In this document: positions 54,068 through 64,000 of the stretch, one piece after another
Position numbering within the stretch: position 1 is the first letter of the stretch
Layout of the letters: the number at the start of each line of letters is the position of its first letter
Assembly (NCBI GenBank): GCA_965237955.1
Contig: OZ250169.1
Location: 5,152,001 to 5,216,000, forward strand
Length of the DNA: 64,000 nucleotides
Origin: Candidatus Marinacidobacterales bacterium
Lineage (GTDB): Bacteria; Acidobacteriota; Vicinamibacteria; Marinacidobacterales; SMYC01
Reading direction: 5' to 3'
Translations under genes and position numbers: made by a program
Notes under the pieces: generated by a model
The model's database searches: none
What the model saw: the letters and a program-made list of their open reading frames with translations, nothing else
Told to the model about the DNA's origin: nothing

Positions 54068-54211
54068 ATGCCAACGGCGCGGGGTTCGCTCTCTGCAAGC
54101 GTCGTCGACGGAAAGTTGTATGCGATCGGCGGAGGCCAGAGGACTCAGGGAACTTCTCCGCCCACGGCGCTGGCAATGGTGGAAGAGTTTGTCACCCTCT
54201 CAAACGAGTGA
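54068..54211 (+). pseudogene. Single Kelch-repeat fragment
   Basis: Hand translation MPTARGSLSASVVDGKLYAIGG...MVEEF. Confidence 0.65.
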
Positions 54212-54339
54212 CAACAATATATAGAGGACGTGGCGATCAAAGTCTTGCCCGAGGAGAGACCAAAACACCGTCGTTATCGTCGCCCCATACGGAAATCCCG
54301 CCATTGGAGCCACGCCGAGCTTTCCATCCCGCGCCCGAT

Positions 54340-57117
54340 AGACCTCTCCCATCCTGGTCACAAACTCGCCCGCTACGAGATTCTCGAGCCCATCGGCAAG
54401 GGCGGGGAGTTCGCTGAGAACGAAGAACGCCTAGTCCCCTGTATCAGAACAAACTAGATAAAGCAGAGCTTGCCGAAACCCTTCTAAGTGCATGAATCTT
54501 ATGAATCTTATGGGCTGGCGAAAAGCCTAACTTTGTATACTAATCAAAGATCCAGGGGACTAGCCCGATTCAAGCGAGAGGCCAAGGTTCTTGCGTCTTT
54601 GAACCATCCGAACATCGCTGCCATTCACGGGCTGGAGGAGTCCGAAGGTACACATTACCTCGTTCTCGAGCTTGTCCCGGGCGAGACTCTGGCCGAAAGG
54701 ATCTCACGCGGTCCCATTCCGGTTGAAGAAGCTATCGAGATCGCCACCAAGATCGCCGAAGCCCTGGAGGAGGCGCACGAACAAGGAATCGTTCACCGGG
54801 ATCTAAAACCCGCCAACATCAAGCAGACCGACGACGGCAAGATCAAGGTTCTGGACTTCGGTCTCGCCAAAGCTTTCGCCAAGGAATCGCCCGAGGCCGA
54901 CAGCTCGATGTCTCCCACGCTTACTAGAGATGCAACTCGGGTGGGCGTGATTCTCGGGACCGCGGCGTATATGAGTCCCGAGCAAGCCAAGGGAAAGCGT
55001 GTTGACAAGCGAACCGACGTGTGGGCGTTCGGTGCGGTCGTCTACGAGATGCTTACGGGAAAGCGGGCGTTCGCTGGTGAAGATGTTTCCGACACGCTCG
55101 CCGCTGTGCTACGAGCGGAGCCGGGCTTCGACGCGCTGCCCGCTGAGACGCCTGCCTCACTCCGGCGGGCGTTGAGGCTCTGCCTGACGAAAGACGTGAA
55201 GCAGCGCTTTCACGCCATGGGTGACGTGCGACTCATGTTGGAGGGTGCACTCGAGCCCGAGCAACCGCTCGGCCGAGCGGGCCCGTCACCACCGGCTCCA
55301 CCGGCGCGGGTCCGCACGGCGGCAGTGTTGCTGCTCGGTGTTGCGACGGGAGCGGCTGCGATTTGGTTCCTTTCTTCGCGCGAGCCTTCGCCGAAGCCGA
55401 TGGTCCGGCGGGCAGAGATCGTGCTGCCCCCATCGGAGAGGTTGTTCTATGGTGCGGGCATCGGGCGTCCCGTGATCGTGTCGCCCCAGGGGACGCATCT
55501 CGTGTACGCGGCGAGGAGAGAATCGTCTGTGCGCCAGCTCTTCGTTCGGCGTTTCGATACGGATCTCGCCACGCCTATCCCCGGAACCGAGAGAGCACTA
55601 CAGTTCTTCTTTTCCCCTGAAGGCGACTGGCTCGGTTTTTTCGCCGACGGTAAGCTCAAGAAGGTCGCACTCTCGGGAGATGTTCTCAAGGAGCTCTGCG
55701 ATGTAACCTATCCACTCGGCGGAGACTGGGGTCGCGACGAGGTCATCTACTTCGCGAGTAGTGCGTGGAGAGACGGAGAATTAGATCCATTGCTATCGGG
55801 TCTCTTTCGGATCCCGTCCGATGGGGGTGTCCCAGAGCAACTGGTGACGGCAGAAGGCGAGCATGCAGATGCTGCTCACCGGTGGCCGCACATTTTGCCG
55901 AAGGGTGACGGAGTCCTCTACACATCCTACGCGCGGGACACATTCTCATCCAACATCGTGTTTCAATCGTTGTTGACTGGAGAGAGCCGTGTCCTGATTG
56001 AAAACGGTGCCAACCCAGTCTATCTGCTGACTGGACACATTCTCTTCCGGCGAGACGACGCTCTTTTGGGGCAGCGCCTCTTGATGCCATCCGCTACCAG
56101 GTCAATGGCAATCCCGCTGAGGTGGCTGACGGGGTCTTAAGCCGTGGAGCGTTCGAATCCGGCTTCCACGTTTCGTTGGAAGGAACGCTGGTTTACGTGC
56201 GAGCTCAGGAGAATCCCGAAAGCGAGCTCGTGTGGGTGGATCGGCAGGGAGGGACGGAGCTCCTGCGCGACTCGAGGGCCGAGCATACTCCGCACCCTCG
56301 GCTCTCGCCGGAGGGGAGACGCGTTGCGGTGACCCGCGGCGGGCTCGGCGCTGATCCGCCGAGCATTTGGATTTACGAGATCGATAGAGGCATCTCGACA
56401 GAGCTGACATTATCGGACGCCGCTAGCTATCGGCCGCTTTGGACGCCGGACGGCAAGAGCATTGTCTACGGGCGCGACGCCACTGGCGGTGTTGACATTT
56501 ACATGACTCGCTCCGACGGGAGCGGGGAAGAGCACCAACTAACGTCGGGAGGGTATCGAGTCCCGACCTCCGTGTCGCCGGACGGCGCGTTCGCGTTCTT
56601 CCGCGAGATGGGACGCAGCTGGGATATCGGCATGGTGCGCCTCGACGGGTCGAGCGGCCCGGAAACGCTGGTCGCATCTGATTACGCCGAGCACACTCCT
56701 GTACTTTCGCCCGATGGGCGGTGGCCCGCCTACGTGTCCGACGAAAGCGGACGCGAGGAGATCTTCGTTCGCCCGTTCCCAGAACTCGAACCCACGACGC
56801 GTCTTTCAACGGAGGGCGGCGCGGAGCCCGCTTGGGCCAGAGGCGGAACTGAGCTCTTTTATAGGAACTTCACGAAGATGATGCTCGTCCCCATCCGAAC
56901 GGGGACCGAACTCCTGCCGGGGCGTCCTGCCGAACTCTTCGAGGGCTGGTATCAGATGGGAGACATTCAGTCGGCTCCCAATACGAACTACGACGTCTCT
57001 CTGGATGGGAAGCGGTTCCTCATGTTGCGGGATGTTGCCGGAGGTCACCTGGACTCACGTATTCAGGTAGTCTTCAACTGGCACGAAGAGCTGCTTAGGC
57101 TGGTTCCGGTGAATTGA
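54340..57117 (+). pseudogene. Hanks-type Ser/Thr kinase with TM and PD40/TolB-like propeller; N-lobe deletion, MITE insertion and frameshift near 56070
   Basis: YEILEPIGKGG, HRDLKPAN, DFGLAK, GTAAYMSPE; SPDG repeats; ends VFNWHEELLRLVPVN. Confidence 0.9.
54435..54559. mobile_element. 125-bp MITE with CTAG target duplication inside the kinase gene
   Basis: TIRs TCCCCTGTATC / GATCCAGGGGA; CTAG at 54431-54434 and 54560-54563; removal restores ERL-ARFKRE. Confidence 0.88.
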
Positions 57118-57174
57118 GTGGGGATGTGATGGACGCAGCTCGCGAAAGAACATGAAAAACATTTCCGGTTAAGG

Positions 57175-57360
57175 CAGACTGGTGCGGTCCGGAGCGGTGA
57201 GATCGACGAACCAGTGGGGCCGTTGAGACCGTTCAACTGGCTGATCCGGCGTGTGCGTTGGTAGAGCGAATAAGTAGGCGTCGCCGTGAGCGCTTTGTCC
57301 ACGGTGCGAGCCTGAGATCCTGATTAATGAAGTTGATTAGCACGCGCTCCGCTGCGGCGA
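57175..57360 (+). ncRNA. Putative IS110 bridge RNA
   Basis: Structured leader containing segments that match the right-flank target (CGAACCAGT, TTCAACTGG) and the element end (GATCCTG). Confidence 0.65.
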
Positions 57361-57372
57361 TGAGGAGGAGCG

Positions 57373-58651
57373 ATGCCAAACCGGATTGCTGGGATAGACG
57401 TTCACAAGAAGATGCTGGCGGTGGTGGTCGCCGACATCGCAGTAGAGGGCGAGTATAAGTTTTCGCGCCGGCGTGTGGGCACGAGACCGAGTGAGCTTCG
57501 GGCTCTGGCGGAGTGGCTGGTGGCCGAGGGGGTCGATGAAGTAGTGATGGAATCGACCGCGCAATATTGGCGCCCGGTGTGGGAGGCGTTGGAGCGGTCC
57601 TGGGCTCCGCAGTGCCGAGCTCGGCCGGGCGCGGGTGCGCAGTCGGGCAACTTGCATCTGGCGCAAGCAAAGTCGAATCGCGGCGCGCGGGGTCGGAAGC
57701 GGTATTTTCCGGATGCCGAACGATTGGTGAAGCGTTTGGTGGCGCAGGAGCTGACTCTAAGCTTCGTTCCCGAGCCGGAGCAGCGCCTGTGGCGAACGGT
57801 GATGCGCCGCAAGTACCAGTTCACGCGTAACCGGGTTCAGCTCCAAAACCGCCTAGAGTCGTTGCTGGAGGAAGCGCATCTAAAGTTGTCGAGCCTGGTG
57901 TCGGATCTTCTGGGGCTGAGTGCGCGGCGGATGTTGCAAGCCTTGGCGGACGGGGAAACGGAGCCGGCCCGCTTGGCGGAGTTGGCCGACCGTCGATTGC
58001 GTGCCACGCCCGAGCAGTTGTGCGATGCGCTCGGCGCGTGTGCCGATCTCAACCCCGTCTATCGGAAGCTCGTGCAAATGACGCTCGAGGAATTACGATT
58101 GCTCGAAGAGCAGAGCGCGCAACTCGATGAAGAGATGGCGCATCTGCTCGGCGAGCATCAAGCAGCTGTGCAACGACTCGCTGAAGTGCCTGGGCTCGGC
58201 GTGGATTCGGCGCAGCAGATCATCGCGGAAGTCGGGGCGAGCGCCGAGACGTTTCCGTCGGCCAAGCACCTCGCGTCCTGGGTGGGCGTGTGCCCCGGAG
58301 AGCACGAAAGCGCCGGCAAAAGCTACAGCCATCGCTCGCCCAAAGGCAGTCGGCCGATGCGCCGCCTCCTCAATCAAGCCGCCAACGCGGCCGTCAAGAC
58401 CAAAGGGAGTTTCTTCCAGCTCGTGTACCGGCGCTTGGTTCCACGCCTGGGGCACGCGCAAGCCATCTGGGCCGTTGCCCATCGGTTGTGTCGTTTAATC
58501 TGGAAGATTCTCCACCAGGGCGTTGACTATGAGGAACGTGGCCCCGACGTTAGCCGCGCGCGCTCCAAACGACGCATTGCCAAATATGATCCGCGACCTG
58601 CGCAAACTCGGATATCACATCGAGCCTTCTCTACGGGGAGATCCAGCATGA
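57373..58651 (+). CDS. IS110 DEDD recombinase/transposase; frameshift near 58585
   Basis: GIDVHK, VMESTAQYW, VPGLG, HESAGK; true tail MIRDLRKLGY ends at TGA 58651. Confidence 0.93.
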
Positions 58652-58670
58652 CGATAGATGTTTTTCGATC

Positions 58671-59360
58671 CTGGTTCGAAGAGTTGAAGCGCCTCGTCCC
58701 GACCGACAACTGACATGCCCCTCACCCCGGAACCAAGCTCGGCACCTACGAGATCATCGCCGCCATCGGCGCAGGTGGAATGGAGAAGTCTACCGAGCCA
58801 GCGACACCAAGCTCGACCGAGACGTTGCAATCAAAGTCCTTCCCGAGGAGTTCGCCCAAGACAAGGAGCGCCTTGCCAGGTTCGAGCGGGAGGCCAAGCT
58901 CCTGGCGCAGCTGAACCATTCGAACATCGCCACGCTCCATGGGCTCGAAGAGCACGAAGGCCAGCAGTTCCTGGTGATGGAGCTCGTCGAGGGGGAGATC
59001 TTGGCGGAGCGGATTGCGCAGGGTCCGATCCCCGTCGACGAAGCGATCCCGCTCTTCATCCAGATTGCCGAAGGCCTCGAAGCGGCTCATGACAAGGGAA
59101 TCATTCATCGAGACCTGAAGCCGGCGAACATCAAGATCGGTCCAGACGGCAAGCCGAAGATTCTGGACTTCGGTTTGGCGAAGGCGCTGGAAGGGGACGA
59201 AGGTAGTGATCCGTCGGAGTCGCCCACGATGACAGCCGCCCCCACGCGGGCGGGTGTGATCATGGGCACGGCGGTGTACATGTCGCCGGAGCAAGCCCGG
59301 GGCAAGCCAGTCGATAGGCGGGCTGACATCTGGTCGTTTGGCGTCGTGCTCTTCGAGATC
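58671..59360 (+). pseudogene. Orphan kinase 3' end (WFEELKRLVPTDN*) followed by a frameshifted, truncated Ser/Thr kinase (ATG 58715)
   Basis: GTYEIIAAIGAGG, DVAIKVLPEE, HRDLKPAN, DFGLAK; homology stops after DIWSFGVVLFE. Confidence 0.88.
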
Positions 59361-59513
59361 TCGCCTCGGCAACTACGAGGTCCTCTCCGACCTGGGCGCT
59401 GGCGCGCTGAGACCACCCGGCGATCGCCTCCGCCGCCGCATGAACTTCTCCGAGCGCTAAAGCGCAAGCGGTCGGAGCCTGAAAGAAATCCCGGGGTAGG
59501 TGATACTTGGCGA

Positions 59514-59897
59514 CTAGCGATCAGGCGGGGTGAAGGCTGTTGAATCGAGTATGGTTCGGAGTGTCTCGCGCTTGCCCTCCGACAGTCCCGTGAACTCGAT
59601 TCCACAAAGCGCCTGGCTGCCATCCGCCTTGAGCGGTTGGCTCCAGACTACGCGCCCGCTCGCTTCCAGCATCTCTCCGTCGGAAAAACTCAGCATCATC
59701 TGGATGCCACGCCGAGTGTATACCTCACCCGTCTGCACACACGCGCCGCCCTCGGAGATGTTGGTCACGACCCCGTACGCGAACGGGAGGCCGTGCTCTA
59801 GGACGGCAACGGTTACTGATTGAGCTGGTACAAGGCGCGGTGATCTGCGAGCAGGAGCGAAGGGTTCGAGCGATTTGGGTTTCTTTGCCCCCTGCAT
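59514..59897 (-). CDS. PilZ domain protein
   Basis: RRSPR and NISEGG motifs. Confidence 0.85.
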   Translation of the reverse strand: MQGAKKPKSLEPFAPARRSPRLVPAQSVTVAVLEHGLPFAYGVVTNISEGGACVQTGEVYTRRGIQMMLSFSDGEMLEASGRVVWSQPLKADGSQALCGIEFTGLSEGKRETLRTILDSTAFTPPDR

Positions 59898-60398
59898 GAT
59901 GAATCCCCCAAAGCCTGTGCCCTGGGGGCAGGATGCGGCATTTGATGTACGTTAGAAGCAAACACCATGCTAGGAGTTGGCGCCATCGCTTGCCCGCGTC
60001 GGAGGTGGCTTGTTTGCTGTCGGATACGTCGATGCAGAAAGTATTGTGGTATCCGTCCCGTGGGTAGTTCCCAACAATACCGTGTCGCCACGTAGCATTG
60101 CATGCCCAAGATGGTCATCCGGCGTCGGCGATGTGTACCTCACCATGTGTCGAAGTGGGGCACTGCCAAGTCGCGGCTGACGAAGAAGACACGTCTTTCG
60201 CAGACTGGACGCAGGGCTGCTCCAACCCGAGCCGTCCCTCGAAGTCGAATGTTAGCGGCGGGCGTAAATTGCACACTTATGGCGGACGAAAATTGCACAC
60301 TCGGCCATCCGTAAAAGGAGGCCGTTGTCGTGTGTCTGGAGTGCCAGACATGACGGCGCGCCTTCAATCAGAATGGCGTTTCCGGAGTGGAGGCGCCG

Positions 60399-61442
60399 AT
60401 GTACGGAAGGGAGAAACGAGTGTTACTACGAGAGTATTTGGAGCAGGGAATCAAGAAGGCGGCGCTAGCAGACAAGCTAGGAATCAGCCGCCGAACGGTC
60501 CACCACTGGATAAAGACGGGTCAACTGGACCGAGAGTTGGACGAGGAAACGGTGCGCTACAAGAAGCGTCCGCGGATCGAGCGCAGGATCGACCCGTACC
60601 GGGAGATCCTTCATTCGCGCCTGCACGAGTTCCCGGAGCTGAGTTCAGTACGCCTGCATGATGAGATCCGTGCCGCGGGCTATGAAGGCGGCTACACGCA
60701 GGTCAAGGAGTACGTGCGGCAGATTCGCCCACAGCCACCGGCGGAGCCGCTGGTGCGTTTCGAGACCCCACCAGGCCACCAAGCTCAGGTCGATTTTGCA
60801 CACTTTCGTTTGCCATGGGGTCGTCGGTGGGCACTTCTCGTGGTGCTCGGATACTCGAGGCTGCTATGGCTTCGGTTTTTCAAGCGACAGGACATGCGGA
60901 CGTTGTTCGCGGGGCTTGAGCAGGCCTTCCTATTTTTTGGAGGAGTTCCCAAAGAGCTCCTTTTTGACCAGATGCGTTCGGTCATCGTCGAGGATCACCG
61001 CCGGGAAGGTGGCCCTCTCGTTGAGAACCCAGAGTTCGTCCGCTTCGCCCACCACTGGGAGTTTCGAACAAGAGCGTGTCGCCCGTATCGGGCGAAGACC
61101 AAGGGCAAAGTGGAAAGGCCAATCCGCTATGTGAGAGGAAGCTTCTTCTACGGTCGCCACTTTATCAACGATGACGACCTCGATGCTCAGCTCGAGCGTT
61201 GGCTGAGTGACGTCGCCAACGTCCGACTCCATCGCACAACCAACGAACGACCGATAGAACGATTCGCGCGCGATGAAAGGGCCACTCTGAGACCGCTCGT
61301 TGAGCGGCCATATCGCTCTCTTGTACTGCCAAACCAACCCGCGAGAAGAACTCCAAAAGCCTGCTTAACCACACTGCCTTCGATGGATGTCGAGCATCGT
61401 CCCCTCGAAGTCTACACGCGGCTCGTTGGAGGTGGACAATGA
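60399..61442 (+). CDS. istA: IS21 transposase IstA
   Basis: RFETPPGHQAQVDF, GGVPKELLFDQM, KTKGKVER. Confidence 0.96.
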   Translation: MYGREKRVLLREYLEQGIKKAALADKLGISRRTVHHWIKTGQLDRELDEETVRYKKRPRIERRIDPYREILHSRLHEFPELSSVRLHDEIRAAGYEGGYTQVKEYVRQIRPQPPAEPLVRFETPPGHQAQVDFAHFRLPWGRRWALLVVLGYSRLLWLRFFKRQDMRTLFAGLEQAFLFFGGVPKELLFDQMRSVIVEDHRREGGPLVENPEFVRFAHHWEFRTRACRPYRAKTKGKVERPIRYVRGSFFYGRHFINDDDLDAQLERWLSDVANVRLHRTTNERPIERFARDERATLRPLVERPYRSLVLPNQPARRTPKACLTTLPSMDVEHRPLEVYTRLVGGGQ

Positions 61443-62266
61443 AGGCGAGCACAATATCGCGACGTGAGCAGATCCGTACGATGCTGGCCGACCTAAAGAT
61501 GCCTGGCGCGCTCGAAGCTGTCGACCGCGTACTATCTGATGCCGATGGCGGTGCGGTCACAACGGCGGAGGCCATCGAGAACCTTCTTGGAGCGCAGATC
61601 ACGTTGAGAAACAACCGTCGTCTCCAAGCGGCGATGCGCTCCTCACGACTCCCCGCGGTCAAAACAATCGATGAGTTCGATTTTTCGTTCCAGCCATCGA
61701 TCAAACGCGAGCAGATTGAGAACCTTCACGAGCTCGGGTTCGTTGAACGTAAGGAGAACGTCGTCTTATTGGGACCTACTGGTGTGGGCAAAACTCATCT
61801 TGCCATCGCCGCTGCCCAGAATGGACGGCGCGTCTATTACGGCACCCTGGCTGAGCTCATCACCTCCCTCGAAGAGGCTCGTGACGCGGGCCGCCTCACT
61901 CGTCGACTCGCGGTTCTCAGTTATCCGTCACTGCTTGTTGTCGATGAAATCGGATACCTACCCGTCACCCAGACCGGCGCGGTGCTTTTTTTCCAGCTCA
62001 TAAGTAGGCGATACGAGCGCGCTTCGACCGTGCTCACCTCTAACAAAAGTTTCGAGGAATGGGGCGAGATCCTTGGCGACGAAGTCATGGCCGCCGCTCT
62101 CATCGACCGCATTCTGCACCACTGCCACCTCGTCAACATCCGAGGAAACAGTTACCGCATGAGAGAGCACTCCGAACTGTGGCGAGCGCTCCATCCGGCG
62201 GGTTCGGACGAACCTCACCCGCCGGCTAAATCTCATAGGAAATACACGGAGGCGACGGCGTCATAG
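61439..62266 (+). CDS. istB: IS21 helper ATPase IstB
   Basis: GPTGVGKT Walker A, VVDEIGY, DRILHH, GNSYR. Confidence 0.96.
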   Translation: MKASTISRREQIRTMLADLKMPGALEAVDRVLSDADGGAVTTAEAIENLLGAQITLRNNRRLQAAMRSSRLPAVKTIDEFDFSFQPSIKREQIENLHELGFVERKENVVLLGPTGVGKTHLAIAAAQNGRRVYYGTLAELITSLEEARDAGRLTRRLAVLSYPSLLVVDEIGYLPVTQTGAVLFFQLISRRYERASTVLTSNKSFEEWGEILGDEVMAAALIDRILHHCHLVNIRGNSYRMREHSELWRALHPAGSDEPHPPAKSHRKYTEATAS

Positions 62267-62568
62267 GGTTCGCCACCCATGGCTCGGGTGTGCAATTTTC
62301 ATCCGCCATGAATGCGCAGTTTTCGGCCAGCGTTGACATCGAAATTCCCGCGATTCAATTCTTCCATTTCGCGTCGTCGCGCTTCTTCGAAAAGAGGATG
62401 CCTTTCTTCTTCATAGCGACAGACCTGACAAATTTGTTCTGTGTTGAAGGAGCTTCCCTCTGTGGCCCGGTGGACAAAAACACGACAGCCCTTTACCGCA
62501 TCGTAGCTTTAGGACAATAATAGGGCCCTGCCGACCCAACACCGTGCCGAGAGTCTGGAGATTCACTA

Positions 62569-62796
62569 ATGAGCCCATTGAGTAACGTCCTTGTTTCTCT
62601 TCGCAAAGAGCAAGCACACCTGGAGCGTCTGCTCGCTCGCGTGAACCGTGCTATCGACGCTCTGACTGATGCGCCAACGAAGAAGAAAGTTGCTACGAAG
62701 AAGCGCAAGCCGATGTCAGCTGCTGCGAGAAAGGCTGTCTCTGATAAGCTGAAGCAGTATTGGGCTGCCAAGAAGACGGCTGGTAGAAAGAAATAA
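62569..62796 (+). CDS. Small basic putative nucleoid-associated protein
   Basis: N-terminal coiled coil plus KKRKPMSAAARKAVSDKLKQYWAAKK; RBS GGAG. Confidence 0.7.
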   Translation: MSPLSNVLVSLRKEQAHLERLLARVNRAIDALTDAPTKKKVATKKRKPMSAAARKAVSDKLKQYWAAKKTAGRKK

Positions 62797-63106
62797 CCTC
62801 GACGGGAACACGAGTAAAGACACCCGGCCGAGCTTTTGGCAGATGGTACGAGGCCGCGCAGGTTGACGGAGAGGAGCAATCGACGAGCCTGATTTTCAGC
62901 GCACGAGGCGTTGTGAGCAAAGCACAGCCCGAACGAACATCTAAGAGAAGGACGACAAATCTCTCACATCCGCGGAGAGCTGCCTCGACAGCGGCGGAAG
63001 CCCGTGTCGGCACATCTTGCACCTGCGGGGCCCGTCACGTATCTTTGCCGAGGCGGGGTAGCCTGGGTTTCCCGCCGAATGGCGCAAGTCGACTGGGGGC
63101 TAGTGG

Positions 63107-63592
63107 ATGTCCGACGATGGCAAGCTCGCTCGGGCGACGCGTCTGTGGCAAGAGGGCTGCCGAGCCCTCTCAGATGGCGATCTAACGAAAGCCATCGATC
63201 TCTACGCGCGCTCGATCGAAACCTGTCCCACCGCCGAGGGCTATACCTTCCGTGGATGGGCGATGAGCTTCGAAGGACAGATCGATGAGGCGATCTCCGA
63301 GTGCTTGAAGGCCATCGAGGTGGATCCGAGTTTCGGAAACCCCTACAACGACATCGGCTGCTACCTCATGCAGCAAGGAGACCTGGACGAAGCTGTCCAC
63401 TGGCTGCGGAGGGCCAAGCAGGCCACCCGCTATGAGTCACCTCACTTCCCGTGTCTCAATCTGGGACGCATCTACATCATTCAGGAGATGTACTCTGCGG
63501 CGCTCAAGGAGTTCGAGCAGGCCCGCAAGCTTCACCCGGACGATCCGATGGCCGAGGCCGCTGTCCGTGCTCTGAAGAGGACGATCCAATAG
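63107..63592 (+). CDS. TPR protein
   Basis: TPR helices; FGNPYNDIG, NLGRIY. Confidence 0.88.
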   Translation: MSDDGKLARATRLWQEGCRALSDGDLTKAIDLYARSIETCPTAEGYTFRGWAMSFEGQIDEAISECLKAIEVDPSFGNPYNDIGCYLMQQGDLDEAVHWLRRAKQATRYESPHFPCLNLGRIYIIQEMYSAALKEFEQARKLHPDDPMAEAAVRALKRTIQ

Positions 63593-63924
63593 ATGGATGG
63601 GCGATGGCCCGGCCGCGCGACCGCGGGTATTGTCAAGTTGAGAGCTCCCAGGGCGATCCGACCGCGTACCAACCGACATCGCGGGGACTGTTACTGCCAC
63701 ACCCAGCGTGGTTGCTCGAAATGGGCCACGCGCGTGGCGCGTCCATGTAGCAGGACTTCGCGGGTTTGATACAGCATCGTGGCCGTAGGCGCCCAGATCG
63801 TCGTACCAAGAAGCGGCATGGGGAAACAAATCAACGGGCGCTCGCCTGGTAAATTTCGAGATGCTGCCGGCCGGTGAGGTGTTCCGTGCCCTCGTAACGC
63901 CGGCATCGTGTTAGGCTCTTCCGC

Positions 63925-64000
63925 ATGTGGATTTCCTATCTCGCGCTCCTTCTTGCGGTCCAGTCGGCTCCGTTCGAAGTCGGCAGGCCCCGTCCCGGCT
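63925..64000 (+). CDS. Possible start of an exported protein (runs off the window)
   Basis: MWISYLALLLAVQSAPF signal-like sequence; frame open to the end. Confidence 0.35.
   Translation, partial: MWISYLALLLAVQSAPFEVGRPRPG

Larger units (their letters stand above)
57152..58670 (+). mobile_element. IS110-family element (left end uncertain)
   Basis: Transposase with a non-coding leader of about 220 bp; subterminal IRs GAAAAACAT (57154-57162) / ATGTTTTTC (58658-58666); right flank is a kinase 3' end. Confidence 0.85.
60250..62338 (+). mobile_element. Complete IS21-family element (2089 bp) with 5-bp TSD TCGAA
   Basis: TG...CA ends; repeated AAATTGCACAC terminal motifs inverted at the right end; TCGAA at 60245-60249 and 62339-62343. 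Confidence 0.95.

Noticed and set aside
58586-58713. Apparent transposase-kinase tail fusion in ORF 57373-58713
   Set aside because: Caused by a frameshift; the natural transposase tail stops at 58651.
59957-59972. Sigma54-like TAGCATG-GTGT-TTGCT upstream of the PilZ gene
   Set aside because: Lacks the invariant GG at -24.

Overview
GC-rich bacterial window. Gene content (Oar-like TonB receptor, GWxTD protein, CRTAC1/ASPIC-UnbV, sulfatase-TPR, DUF4388, Ser/Thr kinase-PD40 genes) suggests Acidobacteriota; this is an inference. Bases 1.4-17 kb form an envelope cluster (TonB receptor, TPR, sulfatase, two CRTAC1, GWxTD, multiheme cytochrome). Bases 17-52.6 kb hold metabolic, regulatory and surface genes, including a sigma54-driven type IV pilin, a PEP-CTERM protein, a Phd/VapC TA pair, a DprE1/DprE2-like pair and aroC. 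Bases 52.6-62.5 kb are a decayed Ser/Thr-kinase island carrying an HNH remnant, a MITE, an IS110 and a complete IS21. Many genes have frameshifts or single stops, from either assembly error or decay. Top finding: an unannotated 49-aa ORF ending in GGE (49641-49790) sits directly upstream of a divergent PafA/Dop-family enzyme with a transmembrane insertion, and no proteasome or ARC gene is in the window. This is a candidate membrane-anchored pupylation-like system. Second finding: the IS110 leader contains apparent bridge-RNA guides matching the conserved NWFEE-coding end of the kinase genes. No rRNA, tRNA or CRISPR array was recognised. All family calls come from motif recognition by eye, with no database search.
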